The notes beneath the pieces were generated by a model that worked only from the letters and a program-made list of their open reading frames with translations, had not been told where the DNA came from and did not search any database. From NCBI RefSeq assembly GCF_006345805.1, contig NW_021832496.1:1-31559 (forward strand): DNA of 31,559 nt, written 5' to 3'. This DNA is from Octopus sinensis (lineage: Eukaryota). Made by a program: the position numbers and the translations under genes. This document shows, in pieces, positions 1 through 9,987 of the stretch; the stretch's first letter is position 1; each line of letters starts with the position of its first letter.

Positions 1-1
1 A

Positions 2-118
2 CACTGTAACAGTGTAATAACACAAAACAGAAACAGCAGCCATAACAAACACGCAATGAACCAACGATCTTTTACGGACCAACAATCACTATTACCAACA
101 CACGACCTCGAACTGTAA
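2..118 (+). CDS. possible 3' end of a coding exon truncated by the window edge (HCNSVITQNRNSSHNKHAMNQRSFTDQQSLLPTHDLEL*)
   Basis: Hand translation: open from base 2 to TAA at 116-118, non-repetitive and followed directly by microsatellite DNA. The antisense frame (125->1, after ...TCCAG) is also open and hydrophobic. No family recognised. Confidence 0.25.
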   Translation, partial: HCNSVITQNRNSSHNKHAMNQRSFTDQQSLLPTHDLEL

Positions 119-228
119 ACTGTACCTGGACATACATATATATAAGTATGCCTTTATGTATCTTGTATCTATGTATGTACATACACATCCATATATGCTG
201 CATATATATGCATATATATATATATAAT

Positions 229-645
229 AAGGCGGCGAGCTGGCAGAAACGTTAGCACGCCGGGCGAAATGCCTAGCGTTATTTCGTCTGCCGTTACGTT
301 CTGAGTTCAAATTCCGTCGAGGTCGACTTTGCCTTTCATCCTTTCGGGGTCGATAAATTAAGTACCAGTTACGCACTGGGGTCGATGTAATCGACTTAAT
401 ACCTATGTCTGTCCTTGTTTGTCCCCTCTGTGTTTAGCCCCTTGTGGGTAATAAAGAAATGGGTATTTCGTCTGCCGTTACGTTCTGAGTTCAAATTCCG
501 CCGAGGTCGACTTTGCCTTTCATCCTTTCGGGGTCGATAAATTAAGTACCAGTCACACACTGGGGTCGATGTAATCGACTTAATCCCTTTGTCTGTCCTT
601 GTTTCTCCTCTCTGTGTTTAGATTCTTGTGGGCAATAAAGAAATA
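229..645 (+). mobile_element. tRNA-derived SINE type A, dimer (full unit 229-460 plus 5'-truncated unit 461-645)
   Basis: Head GGCGGCGAGCTGGCAGAAACGTTAG (A-box-like) and GAGTTCAAATTCC (B-box-like); central GTCGACTTTGCCTTTCATCCTTTCGGGGTCGATAAATTAAGTACC resembling my recollection of the Meta-type SINE domain; AAAGAAAT tail; many near-identical copies in the window. Confidence 0.9.
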
Positions 646-1080
646 ATATATACGCATATATGTTCTTAGCTATCCATGTGTGTGTTTGAGCACATACATA
701 TATTCAATATGTATAATATGTCCATATGCATGTATGTACATAGTGTATACATATATACAAACATATATTTGCATCATGTCGTGCAAACATTTATTGCTAC
801 GAAAAATGATGTATTGGCACTTTTCACAAGAAATTTTCTTTCTTTCCCAGTGAATTCTTAGACCTGCAAACAAGCAGTGAACTTTTCGCTGCGGGAATCA
901 GAATCTCTGCCATGAAACCACCTCAATTCTGGGAAGAGGGTATTTCCAACTTAAAATAAAGATGGAGACGCATTGTGCAACAAAATGGTTCATATTTGGT
1001 CGACTAAAAATGTAATGGCAAGTTGACCTTTTTCTTTCCTTTAAAAATTGGCACGAACTTTCCGGACAACCCAATACAGT

Positions 1081-1472
1081 GGAATGGAATGGAAGCACTC
1101 CGTCGGTTACGACGACGTGTGTTCCGGTTGATCCGATCAACGGAACAGCCTGCTCGTGAAATTAACGTGTAAGTGGCTGAGCACTCCAGAGACACGTGTA
1201 CCCTTAACGTAGTTCTCGGGGATATTCAGCGTGACACAGAGTGTGACAAGGCCGGCCCTTTGAAATACAGGTACAACAGAAACAGGAAGTAAGAGTGAGA
1301 GAGTTGTGGTGAAAGAGTATAGCAGGGATCACCACCATCCCTGCCGGAGCCTCGTGGAGCTTTAGGTGTTTTTCGCTCAATAAACACTCACAACGCCCGG
1401 TCTGGGAATCGAAACCGCGATCCTACGACCGCGAGTCCGCTGCCCTAACCACTGGGTCATTGCGCCTCCACC
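1081..1472 (-). mobile_element. tRNA-derived SINE type C, full length, with target-site duplication
   Basis: Minus strand starts GGAGGCGCAATGACCCAGTGGTTAGGGCAGC...GGTTTCGATTCCC and ends in a (TTCCA)n-like tail; perfect 11-bp direct repeat CCCAATACAGT at 1070-1080 and 1473-1483; homologous to 27081-27448. Confidence 0.9.
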
Positions 1473-2029
1473 CCCAATACAGTAACCGTTTGAAAACAAT
1501 TTTTCCAGCTTCTCAAAGCTAGCATTAAGTACGACAGTGTTCTTTTTTTTTCATGTGAGTAGGGAAAAGATCAAACCCTTCGCATTGTAAAAGTTATTGA
1601 TCATATCGTTGGGGATTGTATTAAAATGTGAAAACCCATATTGGAATATTAATATCTGCTTGTATTCGCTTGGTGTTAGTCTGAAGAAACACTTGGTAGA
1701 TATTTGTTGAGCACACCGTTATGAATAATCAATTTTACCAACCGAAGGATATTTGAAGAAAGCATAAAGAATTTACGCCGCAGAATAGACCAGTGGAACG
1801 ACAATACACATTGTAAGGCGAATAATAAATTCATTATACGTATACCGGTATCTCCTGAGAAAACTAACAAAAATGTACAGAGAATCTATTCTAAATCTTG
1901 AGGGAAAATTGATAAGATAAATAAGATCAAGTGAAGATTACAGTGTAACAAAATTTTTCTTTTTCTTTTAGTCTTTTTTGTGTTTGGTAAGTGTTATTTT
2001 CTATCTGCTTATTATTAACCCACCACCAC

Positions 2030-2952
2030 CACCACCACCAACTAAGATTTCAGGCCTTGTGCCTGTTGTAGAAAGAATTCATATTAACGATTATTGAAGC
2101 GGCGAGCAGGACAAAATGCTTAGCGGCATTTGTTTCGGCTTTATGAGTTCAAATGTCACCTAAGTCGACTTTGTCTTTCATTCTCCCGGGGTCGATAAAA
2201 TAGATACCAGTTGAGTACTGTGGTTGATGTAATTAATTAAGCACCTCCCCACTAAAATTTCTGGAAAGGATTATTAGTTATAATCCAAGGCGGCGAGCTG
2301 GCAGAAGCGTTAGCGCGCCGGGCGAAATGCTTAGCGGTATTTCGTCTGCCGCTACGTTGTGAGTTCAAATTCCGCCGAGGTCGACTTTGCCTTTCATCCT
2401 TTCGGGGTCGATAAATAAAGTACCAGTTACGCACTGGGGTCGATGCAATCAACTTAATCCCTTTGTCTATCGTTGTTTGTCCCCTCTATGTTTAGCCCCT
2501 TGTGGGCAATAAAGAAATAAAAACCTTAGCATGCCGGGCGAAATGCTTAACAGCAAAAAGTCCATCTTTTACATTCTGAATTCAAAACCCGCCGAGGTCG
2601 ACGTCCCTTTCATCTTTTTGGGGGCGATAAAATAAGTACCAGTTGAACACTGGGGTCGATGTAATCGACTTACTCTTCTCCTGAATTTGCTGGCCCAGTG
2701 CCAAAAATTTGAAACCATTTAAGAGCTAAGAGCTGACAGAATCGTTAGCACGCCGGGGACAGAATACTTAGCGGCATTTCGTCCGTCTTTACATTCTACG
2801 TTCAAATTTCATCCAAGGTCGACTTTGCCTTTCATCCTTTCGGGATCGATAAAATAAGTAGCAGTTGGATACTGGGGTCGTTGTAATCGATTTAAGCCCT
2901 CCTCGAAATTACTGGCCTTATGCCAAAATTTGAAACCATGATTAGAATTATT
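2030..2952 (+). mobile_element. head-to-tail cluster of SINE type A: tail fragment ~2030-2095, copies ~2096-2283, 2287-2520, 2524-2720, 2721-2952
   Basis: Repeated GTCGACTTTG(C/T)CTTTCAT...GGTCGATAAA...TACCAGTT blocks, each preceded by a complete or partial tRNA-like head. Confidence 0.85.
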
Positions 2953-3721
2953 GTGTCTAATGGACTTATGGTCAACCGGCTCTCTACTCATTGGCGCTCG
3001 ATTTTACTATCTTTATTAATAACAGCTGCTTTAGACGCAGAGTAAACTTTCGATGCATTTAAATGAAAAATAAAAAAAACTTGTCTTATACGCTGGTAAA
3101 TATAGTCATTCTTTGTCGCTGTGTCAGTTATTCTTCTGGCTGGGCTCTGTATGAGGAAGATGCCTGTTTTTAGAATACCGAAATATAAAGATATATGCAA
3201 GAAACTGTTGCTGTAGGATATGCAGCCACGTAGAAATTATGGAGATTATATGCAGAATAAAAGAAACAAAAATCCGTTGTTTTCAGCATGATATAGCCGC
3301 TGGATAGAGAACCCATATAGCGTATAGAACAGTGTGTCTATGGATTATATATAATATTATTAATAAAACCAGCCTATAAATATAATGCTACCATGCGTCA
3401 CATGTATGATTACATATTTCGCAAACTCAGCGTCGAATAATGCCTTCCATTTTGTTTATAGTTGCGTAATGAAATAAATAAAGGACGATTTATGCACACA
3501 CACACACACACATACACACATACACTCTCACATATAATATACATACATAGATACATATCTGTACGTATTTATGTATGCATGTAGGTGTACACATACATAT
3601 AGGCATACATACATATCTGTACATATGTATAGTTATTAACTTTTCTACGAAAAGGGTTCGAAGTTTCCCCTGGTTTGTCGTCATCTGACTGATCATTCCG
3701 GGGTTGTGTAGTTAGTTCGAT

Positions 3722-3761
3722 GGCGTTTTGATGACGGTGAGTTAACCGAAACGTCGGAGCC
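3722..3761 (+). ncRNA. degenerate minimal type-I hammerhead ribozyme motif (Penelope-type terminal repeat relic)
   Basis: GGCGTT-TTGATGA-C-GGT-GAGTTA-ACC-GAAAC-GTC-GGAGCC: core has T instead of C3; stem II GGT/ACC; palindromic ACGT stem III; GTC cleavage triplet; imperfect stem I; AATAAA downstream. Confidence 0.55.
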
Positions 3762-3944
3762 TCTATATCAGCTCTTTCCTTCTGAAAATCAATAAATATG
3801 TATTTTACTAAGAGGCATGGAATACCAGTTTAGTTTAATTTTAAATTATTGTTATATATATCTTGAGATAAAAGCAAACGTTAATACACACACACACACA
3901 GACACTTGTGTGTTTGTGTGGGTTTGCAATATGGTATTATTTTA

Positions 3945-4330
3945 TTCTTCTATTCTTTTATTTGTTTCAGTCATTTGACTGCGGTCATGCTGGAGCACTG
4001 CCTTTAGTCGAGCAAATCGACCCCGGGACTTATTCGTCGTAAGCCTAGTACTTATTCTATCGTTCTCTTTCGCCGAACCGCTAAAGTTACGGTTGTCAAG
4101 CGATGTTGCAGGGTGGAGGGACAAATGCATTCACACAAGTATACACCCCCCCCCACACACACACATACGATGGGCTTCTTTCATTCCCGTCTACCAAATC
4201 CACTCACAAGGCTTTGGTCGGCCCGTGGCTATAGCTGAAGACACTTGCCCAAGGTGCCACGCAGTGAGACTGAACCCAGAACCATGTGGTTAGTGAGCAA
4301 GCTTCTTACCACACAGCCACTCCTGCTCCT
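3945..4330 (-). mobile_element. CORE-type tRNA SINE type B with internal microsatellite
   Basis: Minus-strand head GGAGCAGGAGTGGCTGTGTGGTAAG...GGTTCAGTC; CORE-like GGCACCTTGGGCAAGTGTCTTC; internal (TG)n; 3' module ending GCAGTCAAATGACTGAAACAAA. Confidence 0.85.
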
Positions 4331-4568
4331 CTATATATATCCACACATTAATGTTTGTTTCTATGCAAAGTTAAATATAAAAAAAAAAAACAACCAGTTC
4401 AATATAAATTTTGTTGTGTCTTGGGAGAGTCAACCGAATCAATAATTTTTTCGTGTAGTCCATATTTATTATTTCACAACAATTAATTTTCACGATTTCC
4501 ATCAGTCTGATGACGTTTGTTATGCCGAAACAACCGAAGTTATGAGTTAATCTTTCCCGTGTGGAAAC

Positions 4569-4969
4569 TCTTTTACTCTTTTACTCTTTTACTTGTTTCA
4601 GTCCTTTGACTGCGGCCATGCTGGAGCACCGCCTTTAGTCGAGCAACTCGACCCCGGGACTTATTCTTTTTATTTTTTTGTAAGCCCTGTACTTATTCTA
4701 TCGGTCTCTTTTGCCCAACCGCTAAAGTTACGGGGACATAAACACACCAGCATCGGTTGTCAAGCAATGCTAGGGGGACAAACACACACACATAGACACA
4801 TATACATATATATACATATATACGACAGGCTTCTTTCAGTTTTCGTCTACCAAATCCACTCACAAGGCTATAGCAGAAGACACTTGCCCAAGGTGCCACG
4901 CAGTGGGACTGAACCCGGAACCATGTGGTTGGTTAGCAAGCTACTTACCACACAGCCACTCCTGCGCTT
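4569..4969 (-). mobile_element. CORE-type SINE type B, full length, with (GTAAAAGA)n tail
   Basis: Same organisation as 3945-4330; tandem TTTTACTC repeats at 4569-4592 mark the tail. Confidence 0.88.
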
Positions 4970-4984
4970 AAATTTTTGTCATAT

Positions 4985-5160
4985 TTTAGTTCTGTTTTAG
5001 TCATTGCACTGCAGCCATGCTGTTGTATCGCCTTGAATGGTTTAGTCGAATAAATCGATATAAGTACTTGTTTTAAAGTCTGACATTTTTTGTTGCGATG
5101 TCTTTTGTAGAACCTTTAAGTTACGGGACGTAAAGAGATCAATGCCTGTTGTTAAGTGGT
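4985..5160 (-). mobile_element. diverged 3' module of SINE type B
   Basis: TAGTCATTGCACTGCAGCCATGCTG...TTTAGTCGAATAAATCGA...AAGTTACGGGACGTAAA aligns to the type B 3' half. Confidence 0.6.
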
Positions 5161-5549
5161 GGTGCGGGTCAAATACATATTAAAAAACCACACGCGCGCC
5201 CACACACACACATGCATACGCACACGCACATACACACACATACACATGAATGTATGTGTGTGTATATATATCTTATATGATAAAACGGAGTTTTTGCGTG
5301 TATGTTTGTGTGCGCGGGCGTATGTTCCTTATGGATTCGAAAACTAAGTTGCCGATTTTGACATATGAGGTATGAAACGATTCAGCAATCTTTTGGCTAC
5401 CAAATAAAGTATGTTTTTTGCACAACAACTCTTTTTTTAGTACAAAAATAACCTCGAAAACGAGGTCAGGTCGCTCAATTTTGATGTCTTTTGGCTAAAT
5501 ATATATATTTATATATATATATATTTAATATTTACCCACGAAAAGCTTC

Positions 5550-5690
5550 TTTTATTTTCCGTTTATGAAATTCCTCACAAGGCTTTAGTCGGTCCGAGGT
5601 TATAATAGAAGACACTTGACCAAATGGCTGCGTAGAGAGATTGAACCCAAGATCACATTGTAAGGAAACAAGCTTCTTAACCACACACTC
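5550..5690 (-). mobile_element. diverged head and CORE of SINE type B
   Basis: CTCACAAGGCTTTAGTCGGTCCGAGGTTATAATAGAAGACACTTGACCAA matches other type B copies. Confidence 0.7.
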
Positions 5691-5695
5691 ACACA

Positions 5696-5879
5696 TGTAT
5701 GTATGCATGTTTGTATGTATGTATCTTTATATAAGCAAATACATACATACATACACACATACATACATACATACATACATACATACACTCATATACATGC
5801 GCATGTGTATGTGTGCGCATATGTGTGTGTATGTATATATGTATTTATGTATGTATATATATATATACATACATACTGT

Positions 5880-5923
<44 letters not shown>

Positions 5924-6115
5924 AGTGATCACAGTGACCGACCAGGCTATCAGACGTTGCTACACATCGCTAGTCACAATGCGCTTCGTATTGATTTAGC
6001 CTTCAAATGACACCACCCCGCTGGCTATATATATATATGTATGTATGTATGTATGTATATATGTGTGCGTGTGTGTGTGTGTGTGTGTGTGCGTGTGTGT
6101 GTGTGTGTGTGTGTG
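5696..6115. repeat. compound (TATG)/(CATA)/(TA)/(TG) microsatellites around a ~110-bp non-simple segment (5920-6028, possible retroelement 3' tail on minus)
   Basis: Simple repeats read directly; the segment begins with a short tandem CACAGTGAT CACAGTGAC resembling a retroposon tail (single copy here). Confidence 0.75.
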
Positions 6116-6598
6116 GCGTGACTCATACAAATGATGCGAGAAGACATTTTACCTGATTATTCTCTGAAAAATTTAGGTTCGATTTTATTGTTTGAAAGCT
6201 CTTTAGTTGCCATTACTTCTGAATAAAAACAACAACAACAACAACAACAACAACTAACATTCGTAATTTATATCCAGTCCTTTCTTTCTCATCTGCAAAC
6301 TTTTACAAACACTGAGATAACATAAAGCGATGCATTCTGATGAATAATGTCTACTGTAAGTGCAGCATACATTTGACGGAGTTCAAATTTTCGACACCGC
6401 AGGTAGACATTGATTTTAGTGAACACCTGAATTCTTCTTCATAGAATGCATTCGAGTTGGAAATTCTATTCACAACTAGGATGTATTGTGGGAACATTGC
6501 ACCGACATCAGCACCGATACATTATTTCGTAGATTATGGACTTGGGAATTTATTCATGATCATCAAAAGTAAACGAATAACGCGGAACATTCTCAGGT

Positions 6599-6603
6599 GT
6601 ATA

Positions 6604-6671
<68 letters not shown>
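6599..6671. repeat. (TA)n microsatellite
   Basis: Direct reading. Confidence 0.97.
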
Positions 6672-6675
<4 letters not shown>

Positions 6676-7074
6676 GAGTTGGAATACAATATTTTATTCA
6701 TTCCAGGTTTGACTTTGGCTTAGTGCCTTACGTAACTGAGTCAGAGTCTCCTTAGATTAGATACTGCGCTTTCATTATTGGTTGCCTTTTCCACCAAAAA
6801 GGAATAAAGTAATAGAAATTGATACTGCAAGCCATCGAATCGCAGGTTTATTTCTATGCTTCTTAACAGCTGCCTACGGTAGTGAAACCGCCCAAGCTAA
6901 ATGAGGGAAAGTGTTACGTGGTCATCCAGCTTGCTACACATAGCGGGTTGTCTCCCTCAAAACACTCTCTACTGTTCTAATTGGATAAACAGTCCCAGAT
7001 ATAGTAGATAATATAGCCCCAGGTAGACATGAATATTAAGTCTCCAAAAAAAAAAAAAGAAAAAAAAAGTAAGG

Positions 7075-7505
7075 TGGGATGGTCCGTTGCAGGATTATTC
7101 GTTTTAACCAGCTGAGTGGAGTGGCTCAACGTGATAGGAAAAATTCTGTTCAAGAACACTACGCCTTTCCCGCTTCACAAGTCTAATCCACGATCTTACG
7201 ATCATGTGTCATCTCTTGTGAAAGGTAGGAGAGTCCAGTTTGCTGGACATTGTTGTAGAGCTGAAAAAGAAGTAATTTCTACTCTTCTTCTCCGGAAGCC
7301 ATCTACTCGCAATACCAGAGGACGCACACTCTCCTACCCTGATGTAATCTCCAGGGATACAGGCATCCAGCAACAGGACCTCCGTAATGCCATGATGGAT
7401 CGTGAAGTCTGGCGTAGCATGGTAAATTCCATTGTCTCGACCACGGTCGAACAATGATGATGATGATGAGTCCAACACTGTAACTATTAAGCCACGCGCC
7501 TCCAT
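7075..7505 (-). mobile_element. CORE-type SINE type D split by an RTE insertion (pieces ~7075-7206 and 7470-7505)
   Basis: Joining the pieces restores ATGGAGGCGCGTGGCTTAATAGTTACAGTGTTGGACTCA-TGATCGTAAGATCG...GTGTTCTTGAAC...CACGTTGAGCCACTCCACTCAGCTGG, a tRNA head plus CORE-like domain. Confidence 0.75.
7207..7469 (+). mobile_element. 5'-truncated RTE-clade LINE: RT C-terminus and (TGA)n tail
   Basis: Translation VSSLVKGRRVQFAGHCCRAEKEVISTLLLRKPSTRNTRGRTLSYPDVISRDTGIQQQDLRNAMMDREVWRSMV matches the RTE C-terminal pattern RR.QFAGHC.R...RGR..Y.D....DTG...L...M.DR..WR; stop at 7455-7457 runs into (TGA)n. Confidence 0.85.
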
Positions 7506-7580
7506 TCTCTGATCGTCTTCAGGACTCTTATTTTCGGATGTGTTCATAGTTCTTCATATATTTCTGTCCTTTATATTAGT

Positions 7581-7929
7581 GGATGAGGATGTGACCCGTT
7601 TCGGTCATGACTGACCGTGGGATTGCACCTAAAAAGTTGCCCTCCGAGGCACAAGTCCGGGCAAGGTTGTTTTATAGAAGGCCAGCAGTCGCCCTATGCA
7701 TGCCAACCTCTCCTCTCCATACCATTGATGTATTCCAAGGGAAAGGCAAAGGGGCCGATACAGCTTGGAACCAGTGACGTCGCAACTCATTTCTACAGCT
7801 GAGTGAACTGGAGCAACGTGAAAATAAAGTGTCTTGCTTAAGAACTCAACACGCAGCCCGGTCCGGGAATCGAACTCACAACCTCACGATCGTAAGCTCG
7901 ACGCTCTAACCACTGAGCCATGTGCCTTC
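7581..7929 (-). mobile_element. CORE-type SINE type D, full length
   Basis: Head GAAGGCACATGGCTCAGTGGTTAGAGCGTCGAGCTTACGATCG...GAGTTCGATTCCCGG; CORE-like TTCTTAAGCAAGACACTTTATTTTCACGTTGCTCCAGTTCACTCAGCTG. Confidence 0.85.
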
Positions 7930-8143
7930 TCCAGTACAGTAGCTTCTCCAGTATTTGTAGCTTTATCAATAATAGTGGTTTCTCCAATGTCGGTTGCTCA
8001 AGAACGCAACAGGCAGATCGGTCCGGAAATCGAACTCACAACCTCTCGATCGTAAGCTCGACGCTCTAACCACAAAGCCATGTGCCTTCTCCAGTAGCTT
8101 CTCAAGTATTTGTAGTTTTATCAATAATAGTGGTTTCTCCAAT
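7834..8143. repeat. local tandem duplication, units 7834-7988 and 7994-8143
   Basis: Both units contain the SINE D head plus ~60 bp of its non-SINE flank (CCAGTAGCTTCTC...TCAATAATAGTGGTTTCTCCAAT). Confidence 0.9.
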
Positions 8144-8299
8144 TCCGGTATTTTCTTTCCTCAATACATGAAATATCTATCTACACACGTAACTACCTGA
8201 TGACGATCGAAGACTAAACTGATCTAATATAAACGTAAATAATGTAAATGTTTGTTAATTCTAAAGACGACGTGAAGACCAAAATAATGATTATCTTAT

Positions 8300-8610
8300 T
8301 AACAGCAATTGTCTCCGACGTTTAGGTATTTAATGTAATTCTTCAGATTTCTTTAGTAGCTGCCATTGTTCATTTTAGCAATACCAGTTTCATTTGGATC
8401 CAAATTTCCTCTTGACAAAACATACCAACTTTTTAATCATCGTCGTTTGTGAGTTGGTGTTCCAGATGGTAATTTCTTATTCAAAGACTCTATTGGAATA
8501 TCAATCAAAAAGCCATTTTGTTTATACTATTTGAAATGGTCGGATCGATATTTCGTATTCCATTTTCCTTCTCGCCATTGAAAATTTTTACTTCAAAAAC
8601 GAAATTCTAC
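8300..8610 (-). mobile_element. possible Penelope-like relic (GIY-YIG C-terminus-like segment followed by hammerhead-like remnant)
   Basis: Minus frames give ARRKMEYEISIRPFQIV*/QNGF, resembling RRK.E..WIR.FQT..PNGL; downstream CTGAAGA...CCTAAACGTCGGAG resembles the 3746-3759 motif. Heavily decayed. Confidence 0.35.
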
Positions 8611-8611
8611 C

Positions 8612-8780
8612 GAGGCACAGGCGTAGCTGTGTAATTAAGAGGCTCACTTTGCAGATATGAGGTTTCGGATTACAGTCCTAATGCGTGAAACCTCGGGTAA
8701 AAGACTTATACAATAGCTCCAGGGCCGATTAAAACCACGTGAGTGAATTTAGTAGATGGAATCTCTGCAGAAGCCCATCT
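8612..8780 (+). mobile_element. diverged head and CORE of SINE type B
   Basis: GAGGCACAGGCGTAGCTGTGTAATTAAG...GTGAGTGAATTTAGTAGATGGAATCTCTGCAGAAGCCC aligns to type B in sense orientation. Confidence 0.65.
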
Positions 8781-9157
8781 TTGTCTGTCTGTTTGTCTGT
8801 CTGAACATACATACATACATACATACATACATACATACATACATACATTCATACATACATTCATACATACATTCATACACATACATACATACATAACATA
8901 CATGCATAACATACATACAAACATACATACATACAAACATACATACATGCATACATACATACATACATACATACATACATACATACATACATACATACAA
9001 CATATATACATACATACATTCATACATACATTTATACATACATACATACATACATACATCATGCATACATACATACACACATACATACATACGTACATAC
9101 ATACATACATGCATATACATACATACTACATATACACACACATGCATACATACATAC

Positions 9158-9250
<93 letters not shown>
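8781..9250. repeat. (GTCT)n, (CATA)n, (CA)n, (TA)n compound microsatellite
   Basis: Direct reading. Confidence 0.97.
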
Positions 9251-9446
9251 AATAAATATAAGGTCGTTATTTTAAATAGCGATCAAATCTAGTGGCAGTA
9301 TGGGAAGAAAAAACTTTATAGGTCATAATAATTATTGAAAATATAATCAAGGATATCTAAAAGATATCACCATGCTTGAGATAGCTGTCAAAACCTGACA
9401 CTGAAACCACATCAAGTATTCCATACAGCTCAAGGTGGAAAGACAA

Positions 9447-9888
9447 ATATATATATATACATACATATACATATATTATATATATATATATATACATATT
9501 ATATTATATATATAAATATATATATATATATATAATATAATATATATATATATATTATATATATATATATATATATATCATATATAATATATTTATATAT
9601 ATATATATATATAAATATTTATATATATATATATATAGTTTACATATATACATGTGTGTGTGTGTGTGTGTGTGTGAGTGTGCGTGTGTGTATACATCAT
9701 ATCACGTGTGAGAACTGAATCAATGATTAACCTGAAATCCCCCTATATTCTCAATTATATTTTTTTTATATTGTTTTTTACTTTTAGCTTTATTTCATTT
9801 CTTCTTCTTCTTTCTTCTTCTTCTTCTTCTTCTTGTTCTTGTTCTGTTCTTGTTCTTGTTCTTGTTCTTGATTCTCTTGTTCTTGTTC

Positions 9889-9920
<32 letters not shown>

Positions 9921-9987
9921 CTTCTTCTTCTTCTTCTCTTCTTCTTCTTCTTCTTCTTCTTCTTCTTCTTCTTCTTCTTCTTCTTCC
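9447..9987. repeat. (TA)n/(TG)n tract (9447-9676) and (TTC)n/(TTCTTG)n/(TTG)n tract (9796-9987)
   Basis: Direct reading. Confidence 0.95.

Noticed and set aside
229-320. tRNA-like sequences at SINE heads (also 1410-1472, 7870-7929, 27081-27145)
   Set aside because: They have A/B boxes but no closable acceptor stem and run into SINE bodies; they are not tRNA genes.
1563-1901. Frame with faint TIR-domain flavour (LGRYLLSTPL*IINFTNRRIFEESIKNLRRRI)
   Set aside because: Four internal stops and only a loose by-eye resemblance; the 59-codon open part is expected by chance. An HMM search would settle it.
6445-6596. Possible internal exon (TTCTTCTTCATAG acceptor, CAG/GTGTAT donor)
   Set aside because: Weak donor and unrecognised peptide; the 8-bp inverted ACACCTGA/TCAGGTGT flanks are too short to call a MITE.
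8706-9255. Long ORFs such as [16 protein letters not shown], poly-I/L/Y and HTHT (also 16073-17704, 18793-19638, 20853-21849, 30818-31260)
   Set aside because: These are translations of microsatellites that lack stop codons; there is no domain content or splice context.
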